Position numbers and translations under genes: made by a program
NCBI GenBank assembly: GCA_001303125.1
Contig: LJNE01000001.1
Location: 17,737-81,736, forward strand
DNA from: Parcubacteria bacterium DG_74_1
Lineage (GTDB): Bacteria; Patescibacteriota; Minisyncoccia; Minisyncoccales; DG-74-1
Direction of reading: 5' to 3'
DNA: 64,000 bases
In this document: in pieces, positions 62,953 through 64,000 of the stretch
Layout of the letters: the number at the start of each line of letters is the position of its first letter
Numbering within the stretch: position 1 is the first letter of the stretch
Notes under the pieces: generated by a model
The model's database searches: none
What the model was told of the DNA's origin: nothing
What the model saw: only the letters and a program-made list of their open reading frames with translations

Positions 62953-63381
62953 TTATTCTAATACTATTAAAGTGTCTCCACTGTTCACGGATTGATTTGC
63001 TTTAACTTTAACCTCTTTAATTTTGCCGTATCCTTCGGAAACAATTTCATTTTCCATTTTCATCGCAATCAAGGTGGCGACTTTTTTACCAGGTCTTAGC
63101 GTTTCGCCGACTTTAACCCCAATACTGGAAATTGTTCCGGCCAAGGGACTTTTGATTTCTTTTTCAACTCTTTCCCTGAAAATAATTCCATCTTCTTTTG
63201 TCTCCCTATTTAAATCTTTAGCGTAAAAATCAGTAAAACTTGGTTCACTCAATTCTTTCTTAGCAAAGAAGTGTTCTTTATCGTTCACTTTTACTTTCAA
63301 TAAATCGCCTTCTGTTTCCGATATTTCAATCCGATAGACTTTGTTATCAATTTTAATCGTTGTTTGCATGTTACTACTCAT
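62953..63381 (-). CDS. biotin carboxyl carrier protein
   Basis: C-terminal biotinyl domain with AMKMENEI. The N-terminal ~70 aa (KIDNKVYRIEISE..LKVKVNDKEH) resemble decarboxylase/transcarboxylase-type carriers. Confidence 0.85.
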   Translation of the reverse strand: MSSNMQTTIKIDNKVYRIEISETEGDLLKVKVNDKEHFFAKKELSEPSFTDFYAKDLNRETKEDGIIFRERVEKEIKSPLAGTISSIGVKVGETLRPGKKVATLIAMKMENEIVSEGYGKIKEVKVKANQSVNSGDTLIVLE

Positions 63382-63418
63382 TTATACTGATTACTACGCG
63401 GGTTTAATCTGATATTTC

Positions 63419-64000
63419 TTATTCATCAAGAATGCTCATCCGCTCGGCTAATTTCCATTTATTAATCATAGACAATTCTGATTCTGTCTCTACCTCCTTA
63501 AGACTTTGATAAAACTTGGCGGCCAGCCAGGCTACTTCTTCATCATTCATGATTTTCCCTTTTTTAGCCTTTTGTCTTTCTGGAGAAACAGAAATTTTTT
63601 CAGGAGCAACAATTTTTTGTGGAATGTTTTTCTCTTTTAACGTTTCAAGAATTTTTTCTCTTTCGATGAAATTGGTTGATAGTCTTCCTTCTAAAAAACT
63701 TTGGTTTTCCAGTAGCGTTTTATAGAAAGGAATCAGGGTTGGCACTCCCTCAATAACATATTCCTGGAAGGCTCTTTTTGCTCTCTTGATAACTGATTTT
63801 CTGTCTTTAGCGAAAATAACCAGTTTTGCCAAGAGGGGGTCAAAATAGGGCAAGACTTTTTGGCCTACCCGGCAAAAACTATGGATTTCGACCCCCTTGC
63901 CTCCAGGCGGCAAATATTTGTTAATTTGGCCAGCTAGGGGACGGAAATCAGCCAAGGCGTCTTCGGCATAAATTCTAAACTCCATTGCCCAGCCAAAAAT
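63419..64000 (-). CDS. biotin carboxylase, C-terminal part (gene continues beyond the right edge) with a ~70-aa tail extension
   Basis: The frame stays open upstream of the track Met (..IFGWAMEFRIYAEDA..), so the Met at 63985 is internal. The BC C-domain (FDPLLAKLVIFAKDR, EGVPTLIPFY) is followed by an extra tail, MNDEEVAWLAAKFYQ...NKWKLAERMSILDE. Confidence 0.8.
   Translation of the reverse strand: MFGWAMEFRIYAEDALADFRPLAGQINKYLPPGGKGVEIHSFCRVGQKVLPYFDPLLAKLVIFAKDRKSVIKRAKRAFQEYVIEGVPTLIPFYKTLLENQSFLEGRLSTNFIEREKILETLKEKNIPQKIVAPEKISVSPERQKAKKGKIMNDEEVAWLAAKFYQSLKEVETESELSMINKWKLAERMSILDE

Noticed and set aside
1-64000. Possible alternative genetic code (UGA recoding, as in some candidate-phyla lineages)
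   Set aside because: TGA ends recG (16719-16721) and the locus 1 receiver gene (8899-8901) at positions that give normal protein lengths. All conserved genes are full length under the standard bacterial code.
1-64000. CRISPR arrays, transposases, integrases, prophage or known defence modules
   Set aside because: I found no regularly spaced direct repeats and no ORF with recombinase, transposase, nuclease-helicase or toxin-antitoxin hallmarks. The only repeats are the short ones reported above.

Overview
Gene-dense, AT-rich bacterial chromosome segment, almost all of it coding or tRNA. The content suggests a small-genome Patescibacteria/CPR-type organism, but that is inference only. Supporting points are domain-reduced translation proteins, a PMT-type glycosyltransferase, pilus genes, scavenging-type lipid genes and the absence of biosynthetic operons. 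I can support about 60 protein genes, 20 hand-folded tRNA genes, one decayed gene and a set of promoters and terminators. Four blocks stand out. (1) A complete type IV pilus (T4P) locus lies at 1744-13571. It carries pilM/N/O, pilB, a receiver-only response regulator, pilT, pilC, a cysteine-rich pilA, pilD and four minor-pilin-like genes. (2) A second, paralogous but incomplete T4P-like locus lies at 41951-52310. It has a histidine kinase, a receiver, pilB, pilC, four minor-pilin-like genes and pilM/N/O, but no pilA, pilD or pilT. (3) Housekeeping genes present are ligA, recG, valS, gyrA, rpsA, ftsH, rplS, rbfA, infB, gpsA, an HtrA-family protease gene, rny, clpP, an H+-pyrophosphatase gene and nusA. 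(4) At the right edge sit a plsY-degV-plsY lipid-scavenging cluster and a biotin-dependent acyl-CoA carboxylase cluster. The observations I rate highest follow. tRNAs abut start and stop codons, giving a punctuated polycistron at 34495-38619. Promoters abut ATG codons, implying leaderless mRNAs. Both PilB ATPase genes have a receiver-only regulator gene beside them. Locus 1 encodes cysteine-rich, GC-shifted pilus tip subunits. tRNA-Ile(UAU) and tRNA-Arg(GCG) are unusual decoding tRNAs. Several GC-rich hairpin clusters in tRNA spacers have no identity I can assign. I saw no CRISPR array, transposase, integrase, rRNA or recognisable defence system. All folds, motif calls and GC statements were made by eye and need computational confirmation.
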